From assembly GCA_964016885.1 (NCBI GenBank), contig OZ024752.1, forward strand, positions 3,472,001 through 3,536,000: 64,000 bases of DNA, in the 5' to 3' direction. Position 1 is the first letter of the stretch. Each line of letters begins with the position of its first letter. This DNA comes from Eledone cirrhosa. Taxonomy: Eukaryota. This document shows, in pieces, positions 14,717-31,780 of the stretch. The notes under the pieces are model-generated. The model was not told where the DNA came from and ran no database searches. It worked only from the letters and a program-made list of their open reading frames with translations. The position numbers and the translations under genes are program-made.

Positions 14717-15164
14717 ATAATAATTAGGGAGACAAAAATCCGAATAGGTCTTTTCTCTCTCTTTCTCTCTCTCTCTCTCTCCATATATATATAGATCTCT
14801 ATATATTAATTTATTAGCATATTACGTGTTCCAGCCGACAGCCTGATGCCATACAATGGAAAAGACTTTGATGCTCCTCTTTCTACAGCCAGCCTTTCAT
14901 CAATGCAAGAGGGAGTTCTCACTGCTACACTTATTTGAGCTTCTGTTAGTGGGTTCATCCGGGATCCCGGTCTGCAGAATGATGTACTTATGACGGTGTC
15001 TCGGCTTATCACTCATGCTTAATCTATATTTAGAGCGGGCATGCATCCAAGTGCCCTTTTATTTAATTTTTTGCTAGAAAGGTGTACTAACTTTATAAAG
15101 TTATTCTGACACAATTGTTCACAAAATGAAGGCAAATGTAGACTATGTAAAATTATATATTACT

Positions 15165-15790
15165 TTTCTGGCGTTGAAATTTCCAAGAATAAATATATTA
15201 TCTTTAGATGGAACCCTATTTACTTTCAAGTTTAAGTCAGTATAGATTTGATTAGTAGTCTCTTCAACGTGCAATAGAGTGGGAGCGTAGATATTTATAA
15301 TTGTTATAAAGCGTCTTAGATAGTCCCAGTTGGCTGTATCGGTAGTGCGTGGGTCGCCATGCTTTGAAGCATAGAGGTACGGCCCTTTACGATCTGAGTT
15401 CAACTCCTGCAGAGTTTAACTTTGCCTCTCACCCTTACTGGGTCGATCAAATAAAGTAATGCACTGGGGTGTTTGCTGGCCTTGTGCCAAAAGCAGAAAC
15501 AATAATATTATTCTGTCTGAGAAAATGAGTGTGTGTGTGTGTGGGGGGGGGGTAACTATTCTAGTCACTGCACAAATGAAATTGTTATTGCGAAACCTAC
15601 ACCTGATTCCCGTTTTGCTTCCTCCCCTCGCTCTTTCTAAAGTTTTTCCGGCACCTCTGTTAATGATTTCACCTTTTTGGCGATAGCCTGTCTCCAATAT
15701 CGCAGCAATATCAATGTTATGCAATTCCTTTGCCATCAGTAATGTTCTTTCAGGGTGATCAACTTCTTGTCTCTCTCTATCCATAAGTTA
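15165..15790 (-). pseudogene. LINE (RTE-like) AP-endonuclease fragment, interrupted by a SINE
   Basis: ERT...KEL.NIDIAAILET; IINIYAPT; VPSKDNIFILGNFNAR (GDFNA motif). Confidence 0.8.
15328..15500 (+). mobile_element. SINE family 1 copy nested in the LINE fragment
   Basis: similarity to 31781-31961. Confidence 0.8.
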
Positions 15791-17539
15791 CTTTACATTA
15801 TTGTATTATAAAATAAAAGATACCCGACTTTCATATACATGTGTATATAATGACGTGAATCCCAGAATTAGTAAGATTTATAAAAAGTTGAAATTGTAAT
15901 CAATTTTAATCACATTTGATATCAGATATTAGAAAACTCCGCTGCAATAAGAAACTCTAAATGTACAGCATTTATGTGAGTGTAGTAAACATTGTAGTCA
16001 ACGAATATTTATTATTTATAAAACGTAATGATTTATTATCATCATTAACGTAGCTATATGTCATATCATGATGTACGACTGAGGGTTTAGTAATATTTAT
16101 TATAATTACTGAATAATATCGAAGGAAATCATATTCGCACCCTTACTAACTAAAGCTGTTAAAGTGATTAAAAGTTCAGTAATCCTAAAAGTAACAAAAT
16201 GCGTCTTTATTATTAATGAATATAAATCCGCCAGCTGTAAACATCCATTTTGTGAAAATCAAACGATCAGTCGTCTCTCAAAAAACAGTTTCATTATAAT
16301 GTTGTTGTACGTAAAAGTTTTGATTGTTTCATTGTGCATCTTTAAATACATCTATTTACATTGTGTGGTTTTCTTGTAGATGGTTGGGCAAATGTATTTA
16401 TTACACTAGAAAAATCAGTCAATTTGTTTTTATTTGGGGAGGGCCATGTTGTCCTACTTTGGCCAGAAAAATATAGTAAAACGCACCCACTTTTTGGTTT
16501 GGTTTTCGATTCAGTGTATTTTTATATTTCTATAAATAATTTAGCTGTTTACCAATTATTGATCAACAGTTAAAAATATAAATGTAAATATAGTTTTTCA
16601 AAGTTCTTTCGTCACACATATCTGTGTCAATTTGTCCTGTCGCTCTTTCGGTTCAAACTTGATAATCCATCTCAACAGCCGTGCATATTTGTGAATCAGA
16701 TGTATGTCTTAATTAGTTTCAAGTCACTAAATGTCCCCTCATTTGGGGCCACTTTTACTAACACCGAAAACAACATCTGCAAGATGACGAGGATATTTTG
16801 TAAAACATTGAGTAGTTTCATTTCAATAAATCATATATCGAAAAAATATTTAGAAATTTGCATCAAAATTTGATTTCCATTCAAATCACTTCACTATGAC
16901 TAACACAAGAAATATGACTTGAGTATCACAGCTGAAGAGTTGTGTCATGAATTTATTTTATCTAACTGCATGGAGTGGCACAACAATCGAATACTCCACT
17001 TATTTTACTTGAATACAGAAGACTGACGGGATAGACTATTGCAACATAATCAAATGATTTAGATTTTCACTTTGAAAATTTCGATATAATCGTGAGTTAG
17101 ATACACTTATTTTCATTGAAGCGTATATCATTCCATTCGTCTCAGTTTTCTCGTTGCTATAACTAATATGTCACCATTAGATAATATAACCAATTTAATA
17201 TTTCCTTTGCAATTTCTCAGTTCTTATTTCTGGAAGATTCATAAAATGTTATAACGAATTATTGAATTAAAACCTGTTATCGTGCCTCTTTTTATATCTG
17301 ATTATGAATGATAGTTATGCTTTGTTAGACGATTCAGTTGCTTCATCAACATCGGTTGCAAAATATTTATCAGATATTATTTCTACAATAATCCTCACAT
17401 ATTTAAATGAACTCATCCATTTACAGGCATGTTTGATTTGGAGCATTAACATTGGTATCTCCATTTGGTTATCTCCATTTGAGCCTGGTTATCAACACCA
17501 TTGATGTGAGACTCTGTAGTATGTGCAGGGTGTATAACA

Positions 17540-17720
17540 GAAACTCATCTCACTGATGTTGCTCCACTATACTCAGCTGAAAATGAGTACCAGCAGCAGC
17601 TGGAGGGGTATCTCTGCATTGGATTGACGTTTTATCCAGATTGTAACTATCTTGTACTCTCAGTTACTTACTGCCACGTAAACCGGGATAAGCGCCGGCT
17701 TGATGAGTATGGGGACTCGA
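17540..17720 (+). mobile_element. SINE family 2, decayed 3' part
   Basis: aligns with reverse complement of 46545-46700 (tatactcagct.aaaatgagta.cagca..agctggagg; aaccgggataagc). Confidence 0.65.
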
Positions 17721-19067
17721 AACAGACTGTAGGTGTATAACATGAAGGTCAGTAATTCATAAACACCGTTAGTATAGTAAGTTCAACATGACACAATGCA
17801 TTCTTTCAGAACTATTTACATTATGTTGTAATAACGATGTCAGCGTTTGCTAACCAATTCTTCCAAATTATTTCATTTTCTAACAATAAATAATATATGT
17901 ACCAAATCACTATGTTGCCAAATTGAAACCTAGATCACAGTGAATTCAAAATGTGATTTTAGAATCACCGTTAAAAATAGATGAAAGGATTCAACATGTT
18001 CAATTATTATGCCTATTAATTAATCAGCCAAATTTGAAAATTCTACTCAAACCTTTTGTTTTGATTTAAAATTAACAGTTTTAAAATAATATTAATCTCA
18101 CAATTGTTACATATAAATTAAAAGATTAAATAGATGTAACAGTAGTATTGTATAAAATAAAGGCCAGTATTTCACGTGACATATTTTGTATTCCTTCACA
18201 TTCGAAATTATAATACTTTCAAGAGCGACTTTAACAGACATTCTCTGGCGGCCTCTTATACTACGTTGGATGTAATCGACTATATAATTTTCATTTAAAC
18301 TTAGGGCATTGGGCCAATATTAAAATTAATACCATCCATTTTTTCCCGTGTGCAAATACAAATCTGACAACTGTATATTCACGCATATGAAACTAATTCG
18401 CTTAATGCAAAGCTCGATGAGCTAAGATAGGTCTCTAAGAGGACTCTTGATATTCTGATAGAAATAAGACCTATGTTGCTCTAAAATCATACTATAATGT
18501 CTTAAAGTGAGATATATTAGACAATAATGTCCATGATATTCAAAATTACTGGATGAAATATGCATAGAACACGTTTGGTAATATGTTTGCTCGATCAGAG
18601 GTAATTTGGGGTTAAATAACACAACAAACCATCTATCACATCAACTATATTGAGAGAAAATGGATACAGAACAGTAAAACTGAATAAAAAATGAAATATT
18701 CGCTTATAATATAGATGTATCTGACATGACTTGTTATTTCAAAAGTAATGATGACACAGTGGTCTTGCAGTCTATAAGACAAAAAACGATGTCGTCATAT
18801 AAATTAATATTAATACATAAAACAGAATAAATGTCAGAACAACAGAATATAAATTGCCAATTCAAATATTTACGTGTGTGTGTGTGACAAACATTGACTA
18901 TTATGCGTTTGCGTACATACGTATGTATGTATGTATGTATGTATGTATGTATGTATGTATGTATGTATGTATGTATGTATGTATGTATGTATATATGTGC
19001 GTGTGTGTATATGAATATGTGTGTGTGCATGTATATGTATATATGAATATATATATACATATATATA

Positions 19068-19602
19068 GTGTAGATAAATCTACCAAAAGTTTACGGTAGT
19101 GTCCAATCCATATGAAGAACTCAATGTAATCCGGATATCATGAAAAGAAGAGATGCATTCAAAAATCACTTTCGGTGAAAGATAAACGGAATACAGAGTC
19201 AAGATAAATTATTAAAAAAATAATGAATAAACAAAGAAACAGTTCCTTATATTAAACAAAAAAAGTTCATTATTTTACGATCGTTTCTAGGACATATATG
19301 TGTTAGAATTGGTATGCATATTCAAAAGATCTATGTACAAAATTATACAAACTATCAAAGAGAATATACATACCTTCACATATATATGCTGTCTTCAGAA
19401 ATAATTTCTGAAGACAGCATATATATGTGAAGGTATGTATATTCTCTTTGATAGTTTGTATAATTTTGTACATAGATCTTTTGAATATGCATACCAATTC
19501 TAACACATATATGTCCTAGAAACGATCGTAAAATAATGAACTTTTTTTGTTTAATATAAGGAACTGTTTCTTTGTTTATTCATTATTTTTTTAATAATTT
19601 AT
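19068..19602. mobile_element. Fold-back element: ~400 bp near-perfect palindrome (19204-19602) plus tail on the - strand
   Basis: arms reverse-complementary around 'cagaaataatttctg' at about 19402. Confidence 0.9.
19404..19535 (+). ncRNA. Type-I HHR with stem II extended to about 100 nt (mirror copy on the - strand at about 19271-19402)
   Basis: attt-CTGAAGA-[catatatatgtg..ggtatgtatattc...gaatatgcatacc..cacatatatg]-GAAAC-gatc-GTA-aaat. Confidence 0.75.
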
Positions 19603-20528
19603 ATACATATATATATATATATATAAATGTGTGTGTATGTATATATATATATATATATAGTTAGATAGATAGATATGTGTATGTGTGTGGGGGTATGCTA
19701 TATACTATAACAAATGAATTATGAGGACTCAGCATTATAGTAGTGCTTCTTCATTCAACCGCTAGTGACATGAATATAGAATGTAGTGTATATAGATAGA
19801 TCTTGCGGGATGAACACTTGCTGAATATGTTCATTTGCATATAGTGCGAACTTGGCTGGATATGAATAATTGGTACTAGTCCTAACTTGGCTCTAGACAT
19901 AATAGAAGTGTATCTGACGGCATATACTATACGCTTCTATACAATAACCATAAACATACAGTATATGGTTATATACAATATAGATACATATGGGATCCTC
20001 TCTATCAAAGAAAATTAGTTATACTTGTTCATTAAGCTAACATTAGCTGACAAATTACCAAAGGATATCTAAGGCAATTGGTCATAAAGTTGCTATGTCA
20101 GACTTGACATAGCAACAACACGATAGTCAAAACCAAACACATTGCTATTAAGGAGAGTGTATCTATATATATATGTTATATGAATAAAAAAAATGCCCAA
20201 GACTGAATGTTGTTTATCCTCACTCTCGACCATCACACTAAACAAAAACTAAAGGATGTGATTTGTTTAACGTCTATTCTTGTGTAGAGGCCCATGTCCT
20301 TTAAGACAACATAATCACGTTGATCTATGATTATGATCAAACGGCTTCCTATTCCGTCACGGACTTAACTGGGAGCTCTTATTTAAGCTGTTTATAATAT
20401 AACAAATATCATATTATCTAATCTCCTTTCCTTTTTTCAGACGTTAGGATATAATACGAGCGATTTTCGGCTACCATACCATTTCTATGAGGGTAAGCTT
20501 TAATATACTTCATAGCTCACTCGTGTAC

Positions 20529-21092
<564 letters not shown>

Positions 21093-21162
21093 TATATATA
21101 ATATATATATATATAATATATATATATATAATATATATATATATAATATATATATATATATA

Positions 21163-21492
<330 letters not shown>

Positions 21493-21541
21493 TATATATA
21501 TATATATATATAATATATATATATATACATATATATATATA

Positions 21542-21619
<78 letters not shown>

Positions 21620-22040
21620 CATATATATATGGTGGCTGCCAACTCGTTTTCGAGTACGGCCACTACTTTATATCCATGTAGGAGAACACCTAACGATGCG
21701 CTGAACGAGTGTGGCTTTTTAGTCCAGCCAGCGACTTGAAAACTCTGGTACAAACACTACACTTGTGACAATTGTTGACACATAGTGCAGGGCCCATGGT
21801 ACCATGTGACGACAAGTGCAGAGAGATCTCCAGATATAAAGCAATGCCTGTGCCGTGAAGCTTTTATAGTGAGCAAAGGCACTGCACAAAGCCAATCCCA
21901 CTCTCTTAACCAAGATGATATTTACTAAAAAGAAGAACAAGTCAACATCATTGGATACCATCAGGGTTGCAGGTGTTATATCAGAGTTTTCCTTCTAGAA
22001 TTCTGCCTTGACAAAGGCTAAGGGGTCATCTCTCTCTCTA

Positions 22041-22106
<66 letters not shown>

Positions 22107-22922
22107 AGAAACAGGTATTTCATATTTACAAATGTCTCGTATATGTGAAGTCCAGTTTCTTCGCCGGATTATTATAATATTCTTGACATTATTATACAAC
22201 GAAATTCTTTCAGAGTATTCAGCGCTGTTTAACAAGCCATGTAATATGAAACTGCTTTGGAATGGCATTGCGAACGTTCCTGTCTTACTTCTTCTGAAAC
22301 AAAGCTTAAAGCGTGTACGGTATTATTCATTTAGAATTACCCAAGAAATCCAGCTGTCGGTGGTATTTACAGTAGAACAGAGAACGTGTGTAAAATAAGT
22401 GCTGACGGTAAGGGACCTACGCTGTCGGAGCCAATTTGAAATGTTACTGAAATGTAGTAGACATTGTCAGACACTATAGACCTCAAATATTTTATTGTAG
22501 GCTATTGAAAATGTGGTTTATATTATTTAATTTAACAGTGAATACTTTAAGAAATCTTAAGAAATAGATATATCCAAAGAGAAAGAGAAACACGCACAAC
22601 TACAGTCGCCTACTGTTACATTATATCAATATGAAATTCATTTAAGTTTAAATTGTTCTTGCAGTGATTTTGGCTTTAGCATGTGGAATTAGTCCGCTCA
22701 TCTTACCTTATATAAAAATATAAAATATAAGATAGAATTATATTTTCAAAGAGGGCATTTATCTCTAGTGTCAATTTTATATATATAGCGTTTACAGGTA
22801 CACTTACTGATATATGTAATAAAAACATCCACCAACATGAATGTTTATATATATATAACCATATATTACTATGGTTCGTTGATTACTCAACGAATACATG
22901 TTACAATAGATTAGAGGCACTC

Positions 22923-23011
22923 AATAAAATACAGAGGTAATTGAAATTAAATAAATACATACATGCATGCGTGTATGTATTTATTTAATTTCTATTACCT
23001 ATGTATTGTAT
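22923..23011. repeat. Imperfect palindrome upstream of PLE-A
   Basis: aatacagaggtaattgaaattaaataaatacatacatgca / tgcgtgtatgtatttatttaatttctattacctatgtatt. Confidence 0.8.
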
Positions 23012-23106
23012 TCTATTTACTTTATTCTTAACTCTGAAGCGGAGAATCATTCGGTTTCCTAGTTAGAATTTTAGTCTACGACTTCAGTTATACCATTTAC
23101 GGTGTT

Positions 23107-25269
23107 TTGTCTTTGCGTGCAATCGTTCTCCACGCTCCACATATGACGTATTATCTTTTTTTTCGTTCATTGTCTGGCAGAATGTCGGTTTACAGCCTGC
23201 CAAACTACATCCAGACAATGCAACCCCACATCACTAACACAAGAGAGGTAACACCACAGGAGCATGAGGATAGAGAAAAAGCCCTCAATGCTCATATGGT
23301 GATGTGGACGAATATAATGCAGCCCAACAAAAGGACTGCCAACAACTTCCAGGCCTGGAACAATGACGTGCCGGCGTTGTATGGGCTTCGAAAAGACCAT
23401 AAAACGGGCAGTGACCCTGTCACGGGACCACCAACACGGCCGGTCTGTGGAGCTAACATTGCTAGTAACTACAGACTGTCCTACTTCCTCTCCCTGATCA
23501 TACACCCTATCATTGAAATGTCCCCAGATGTATGTGCCAGCACGGATGACCTCCTCAGCAGAATCGGCGTGGGTAACCGATCTGGGGACCTAACAAACTG
23601 CATAATAGGCAGTATGGATGTTGTGTCCCTGTATCCATCTATTGACGTGGATTTTGCTGTGGAGAAATGCGTAGAAATGATCAGTGAGAGCAAGGTTGAG
23701 TTCCGTGGGATTGATACCGGTGAGCTGGGCCTTCTACTTAAGCTTACCTATAGTAATAGTTACCTAGACACATATGACCTTAGCAACCTGTGCCCTACAA
23801 GACCAGCAAGAGGCAGACCACCTACCATTACCTCAATGGCCAAGAAAACCCACACAGATAGATGGAACGGGTGGACCAGAGCCATACGGACACCCGAAAA
23901 CCACGATGAACTGAAGCGAATGATTGAACATGCGGTAAGGGCCAGCATAAAATTAACCCTTAAGGAACATATGTTCAAATTTAATGGAAAAACATATGCC
24001 CAAGCGGAAGGAGCAGCCATTGGTGTTAGCATTGCAGGCGACATAGCTAACTTATTCATGGTATGGTGGGACAGTAGACTTAAACTTAAACTTAAAGAAC
24101 AATTAGAAGACAGCTTAACCCTGATAATGTACTCCCGCTACGTAGATGATATAAACATCGTAGTTAAGACACCCCCACGAGAGAACAGTCAGGAACTAGA
24201 GAAAAACACAATGGAAAGCATCCAGCAAATAGCAAACTCCATCCACCAGAGCATTAGAGTTACTATAGACTACCCAAGTAGACACCCCAACCATCGATTA
24301 CCTGTACTAGACACAGAGCTCTGGTTAGATACCATTAACAACCAAAAACAAATCCTCCATTCCCATTATGCCAAACCCATGACTTCCAAACATCTGATCC
24401 ACCGAAACTCGGCCATTTCGGACCATACCAAAATCAACATACTGATTGCGGATTTGGTACGGGTGATGAGAAATGTGTCCCGCATGTGCAACCCCGAAGA
24501 ACTAGAGAGACACATACAACACTTCATCCACCGTATGCAGTTCTCTGGCTACAATCAGAGAGATAGAATCAGAGTGTATAGAGGAGCCAGAACCAAATGG
24601 GAAAAAATGGTAAATAATGACATAAATGGGACCTGCCCCTTGTATAGGAGCAAATTTTGGAATAGAATAGAAAGAACAAGGAACAAGGCTAATAGAATAA
24701 ACTCATGGTATGATAGCAATAAATACCAGAGTGTAATGTTCATCGATACAACCCCTAGAGGCGAACTAGCCTACAAATTTAGAAGGGCCCTAAATAAACA
24801 TAAACTCAATATTAAGATAGTAGAAAGACCAGGTACCTCCGTAAAAACACTTATTAGCAAGACGTACCCTTTTCAAAGAACCTCATGTATAGATAAGAAA
24901 TGTATAACCTGTAAAATAAGCCCCCATATTAACTGTAAAACTAGAAATGTAGTGTATAGCATAAGATGTACTGAAGGACAATGTAGAAACAAAAATATAG
25001 TGTACATAGGTGAGACAGCTCGTAGTATAGGGGAACGGATAAATGAACACTGGCGAGACCTTCAAGATAATAAAGAATCATCTGTACTCTACCAACATGC
25101 TAAGATAGAACACAAGGGTAAATTAGAGAGCATAGAAATAAAAATAGAATCTACACACAGAAAAGATGCAATATTTAGACAAATTACAGAGGCAATAAAC
25201 ATAAAAGAATTACAACCAAAATTAAATAGAAAATATGAGTGGAACAGCAACATCACAACTTACAATTAA
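23107..25269 (+). CDS. Penelope-like retroelement (PLE-A) RT + GIY-YIG endonuclease; probably 5'-truncated, homology from about 23195
   Basis: LYGLRKDHK, TRPV, SMDVVSLYPSI, Q..G.AIG, RYVDD, LPVLD, Cys linker CIDKKCITC, VVYSIRC...YIGETARS..ER..EH, terminal LNRK.E. Confidence 0.93.
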   Translation: MSLRAIVLHAPHMTYYLFFRSLSGRMSVYSLPNYIQTMQPHITNTREVTPQEHEDREKALNAHMVMWTNIMQPNKRTANNFQAWNNDVPALYGLRKDHKTGSDPVTGPPTRPVCGANIASNYRLSYFLSLIIHPIIEMSPDVCASTDDLLSRIGVGNRSGDLTNCIIGSMDVVSLYPSIDVDFAVEKCVEMISESKVEFRGIDTGELGLLLKLTYSNSYLDTYDLSNLCPTRPARGRPPTITSMAKKTHTDRWNGWTRAIRTPENHDELKRMIEHAVRASIKLTLKEHMFKFNGKTYAQAEGAAIGVSIAGDIANLFMVWWDSRLKLKLKEQLEDSLTLIMYSRYVDDINIVVKTPPRENSQELEKNTMESIQQIANSIHQSIRVTIDYPSRHPNHRLPVLDTELWLDTINNQKQILHSHYAKPMTSKHLIHRNSAISDHTKINILIADLVRVMRNVSRMCNPEELERHIQHFIHRMQFSGYNQRDRIRVYRGARTKWEKMVNNDINGTCPLYRSKFWNRIERTRNKANRINSWYDSNKYQSVMFIDTTPRGELAYKFRRALNKHKLNIKIVERPGTSVKTLISKTYPFQRTSCIDKKCITCKISPHINCKTRNVVYSIRCTEGQCRNKNIVYIGETARSIGERINEHWRDLQDNKESSVLYQHAKIEHKGKLESIEIKIESTHRKDAIFRQITEAINIKELQPKLNRKYEWNSNITTYN

Positions 25270-25675
25270 GGACAAAATGAAAACACACACACACATAGAA
25301 CAAACAACCAACCAATAACATGTAAATAAATAAATAGACAAATAGATAAATGAACATAAACACACACAGACACCCGGATGTGGCGCATGCGCAAACTGAG
25401 CACACAACACACACAAAGAAACAAAATGGCGTAGGTCAGAGAAAGGAGAGGCACAGAAACAAAGAAAGGAATCCCCAGTCACTGAAGATGTCACAGAGTG
25501 TGTGACGAAAGGACTATGACTATATATAAACAACTATCTGGTTGTGGAACCAACCAACCAACCAGAAATGTATAGATTTATAAATTTGTAAATTTATAAA
25601 TATATAATAAATTGAAGTGAAAGCAACTGGTGCGTGTGTTTCTTATTGGCAACATGACCCTCCCAAAGTATAACA

Positions 25676-25680
<5 letters not shown>
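25270..25680 (+). mobile_element. PLE-A 3' UTR/pseudo-LTR ending at 'aagtataacaatat' against (TA)n
   Basis: follows the stop codon; inverted copy at 26076-26440. Confidence 0.85.
25477..25521 (+). ncRNA. Minimal type-I HHR (inverted copy at 26233-26278, - strand)
   Basis: agtca-CTGAAGA-tgtcaca(gagtg)tgtgac-GAAA-ggac-TA-tgact. Confidence 0.8.
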
Positions 25681-25727
<47 letters not shown>

Positions 25728-25808
25728 TTGTATATATATATGTATATATATATACATATTTCTATATATATATATATATGTATATATATATACATATTTA
25801 TACATACA

Positions 25809-25854
<46 letters not shown>

Positions 25855-25952
25855 TATATATACATATATATATATACATATATGTATATATATATATGTA
25901 TATATATATATAAATATGTATATATATATGTATATATATAAATATGTATAAA

Positions 25953-26052
<100 letters not shown>

Positions 26053-26075
26053 GTATATATATATGTATATATATA

Positions 26076-26530
26076 TATTGTTATACATTGGGAGGGTCAT
26101 GTTGCCAATAAGAAACACACGCACCAGTTGCTTTCACTTCAATTTATTATATATTTATAAATTTACAAATTTACAAACTTATAAATGTCTGGTTGGTTGG
26201 TTGGTTCCACAACCAGATAGTTGTTTATATATAGTCATAGTCCCTTTCGTCACACACTCTGTGACCTCTTCAGTGACTGGGGATTCCTTTCTTTGTTTCT
26301 GTGCCTTTCCTTTCTTCTATCCTACGCCATTTTGTTTCTGTGTGTGTGTTGTGTGCTCAGTTTGCGCATGCGCCACATCCGGGTGTCTGTGTGTGTTTGT
26401 GTTCATTTATCTATTTGTTTATTTATTTATTTATTGTTGGTTGGCAGCATGACCCCTCCCAAAGTATAACAATATCGGTTTCAACACACATTTTTCAGAT
26501 AAAGAATCTTGCTAAACAAATTCAGAAACG
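26076..26530. mobile_element. Second PLE-A pLTR insertion: inverted arm 26076-26440, then + strand junction and tail 26443-26530
   Basis: reverse complement of about 25310-25680, then 'catgacccctcccaaagtataacaatatcggtttcaacacac...'. Confidence 0.88.
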
Positions 26531-26711
26531 AAATATATATATATACATATTTATATATACATATATGTATATATATATATATGTATATATATATATAAAT
26601 GTGTATATATATATGTATATATAAATATGTAATATATATATATGTATATATATATATAAATATGTATATATATATGTATATATAAATATGTATAAATATA
26701 TGTATATATAT

Positions 26712-26765
<54 letters not shown>

Positions 26766-26902
26766 GTATATATATATACATATTTATATATATACATATA
26801 TGTATATATATATGTATATATATATATATATAAATATGTATATATATATGTATATATAAATATGTATATATATATATGTATATATATATACATATGTATG
26901 TA

Positions 26903-26974
<72 letters not shown>

Positions 26975-26997
26975 TATACATATATTTACATATATGT

Positions 26998-28775
<1,778 letters not shown>

Positions 28776-28910
28776 ATGTAAAGTTATATTTAAAATTGTT
28801 GGGTTACAACTAGTAAATATTTATAACTGATATAAAAGCACTCGACAAATATTTGGAGTATATTTACAATATTAAATAAATGGAAAACTATATTTATAAA
28901 ACCATATTTA

Positions 28911-28970
28911 TTTCATTATATATATTTCGGGATATCATATTAACAATATGCTATGCCTTCATCAGACAAA
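28911..28970 (-). ncRNA. Type-I HHR in the family E copy at 28778-29030
   Basis: tttgt-CTGATGA-aggcatagcatatt(gtt)aatatgatatccc-GAAA-tatata-TA-atgaa. Confidence 0.78.
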
Positions 28971-29049
28971 ATACAATATAAACAGTTTTATAGATAAATA
29001 TATTCGACATACCGTAATAAACATCAACTTCATTTGAAGAGGTTTACTC

Positions 29050-29134
<85 letters not shown>

Positions 29135-29167
29135 TATAATGTATATATATATATATATTATATATAT

Positions 29168-29199
<32 letters not shown>

Positions 29200-30142
29200 T
29201 ATATATATAATATATATATAATATATATATAATATATATATATAATATATATATATAATATATATATATATATAATGACAAAGGAACAAACAAACGCAGG
29301 AGTCAATGGTACATAGTGTTATTAGCTTCAGGCTTGGTGAGAGTGGAGGGGGTAGGAACTCCGCGAGGGAGTGAGTTGGGAGTTAGCAGGAAAAACATGA
29401 AAGGACGGGAAAAATAGAAATAAAAATAAATGTAAAACGTAAATAGAAACAGAATTAAGCGGAATATATAAAGAAAACAGAATTTTTGAAGAAAAAAACA
29501 ACAGAATATTAAAAAGTGAGAGGAGTGTATGGGTCCAGGAAGGCAAGGGTGTGGTGGAGCGTGAGGGGTGTTGGAGGTTGAGAGATAGGGGGACGAAAAT
29601 TGGTGTCTGAGCGGGGATGGCGGAAGGTAAGGTGTTTGTGTGTGTGTAGGTGTAAGTGTATGTGTGCATGCATGGATTTAAGTATGGGAGTCTGGGGTGA
29701 GAGTGGGTGTACGTGATTGTGGGTTTTCTTAAACAATTGTGTGTGTTGGAGTGTATGTCTGTGAGTGTATAGTCCCTGTATGGGTCTAGGTGTGTGTGTG
29801 AATGGAAAGAGTCGGATGGGGTGAGATGGGATTGTGTCAAATCCGGAGGCGGTGTGGGATGGTGTGTGGATGTATGAGTAGATGTGCATGTCTGTGTGTG
29901 TTAGAGTGGTTAAGAGAGAATAATGCGTGGTATGTCTGTAGTTGATCAGAAAGAGAGAGTGAGCGAGTGAGGGGGAGAGAATTAGACTGATATATATATA
30001 CACACTTACATATTATTTTGTATATTTCTCTCTCCCTCTCCCTCTCTCTCTCTTTCTCTCTATATTTATATATATATATATATACGAACATATAAATATA
30101 TATGTATGTGGTTGGGGAATGTCAGTGTGTTTTTGGAGAGCA

Positions 30143-30247
<105 letters not shown>

Positions 30248-31780
30248 GTATGTTCATATATGGATAATATATACAAATGCGTCACATAAAATTAGAACAT
30301 AAATGAATAAATGTTTCCTCAGAAAAGTTATTCTTATATAGAAAAGATGTCGCTGTATTTCTTCAGTTTATTTTGTGAACAATCGCACTAATTTTAGAAT
30401 GATTGGAGTAGGCTTACAAGTACATGAATTCTGCAATTTCAAAGTATTTGTCTGGTCAAATTGAATAATACTTTTTTCAGACTTGCTTTTTCATAAATCT
30501 TTTAATAATATATTTATTTTAACAAAACTGCTAATATCGCAATAATGAACAAGATCTAAGGGTTGTTTAACAGAGCAACATTGACACACACCACATAGAG
30601 TGGAAGACAGACTAATATTGTTGAAAATAATGGGAATTTCATAGATCTATGGCGAAATTCTTTATTAGAACCTTAATTTCAATCTTTCCAATTTGACGAT
30701 GTAGGAGAGTTTCTGTGTCCAAAACTACGGCACAAAAACCGCCTACAGAACTCCATATCACTTCATAATAACAGGCCAGGTCACAAGTCAGGAACTTGAA
30801 AGAATGAAAAGCAGAGGTGTTCCAAAGTCTCGCATCTAGTTTAGAAACCATTGTGGCATTCTTTTAAGGCACACCATCCGAGATATTTGAAATCTAATCT
30901 TACGTTCCCACAGCAGTGAAGTTTTGTGGTAGAATATCATACGTAATTGTGGGATTTCTGTGTTTCACATGAGTAAAAGAAGAGAGAAGTGTATCAGGAA
31001 ATCGTGCTCACACCAAGCTTACATCAGTCTATATGGTTTTATGGATTCAGAGTACATGTCACATCAGTATACAAAGCAGGCATAATCAAGGAATCACTGA
31101 TTAGTCTCCTAACCGTCAACTTAATGTAATTGCTTGGTCTAGTAACTCAGTTCCACTGATACGCCTGGTGATGATTAAAATCAGTACAACCAATCTGCGT
31201 CCCAAGAATGAATCGAACGTCTATCACATATAAACAGTAACACCCGGTCTTTTATTTTTGTCCCAATGCAGAGGCATATTCAGTTAAAGAGTAATTTTAA
31301 ACGTGCTTCACCTAATTAAGAACTGTTATTTCATAGTCACCTTTTGGTCTTTGAGAAGCCTATTCTATTCTAATATGTTTTGGATGTTCAGATATTTGAG
31401 ATATTGGAAGTTTAATGATTCCAGCGCGGAAACCATAAATTTTAGCTTATTTCAACATCATACATCGAGTAGGTCAGTGTCAATACAATAGAAATTTTAA
31501 CGTTCTCAATTGATTCTCAACAAATATCCAACGTTTGCATAATATTCTAATTTTCTGAGACACACTTTCATGTATTAAAATATATTTTTAACTATAAGTA
31601 TAGTAGTGGGAATAATTTGCTATCTATAGGTTATTTATAGGATTGTTTAGGTGTTAACTGGAGGTGTGTAGGAGAAAAAGATAACAAAAATAGAAAATAA
31701 TGGGCACATATTTTAGAAATCTATATTTCCTACAATTGCGTATGTATAAACTAATTGTAGTTAAGATAACATTATCTGAT

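Noticed and set aside
14175-15010. Possible host exons (donor-like ctg/gtgagt at about 14345)
   Set aside because: In-frame stops and no recognisable protein
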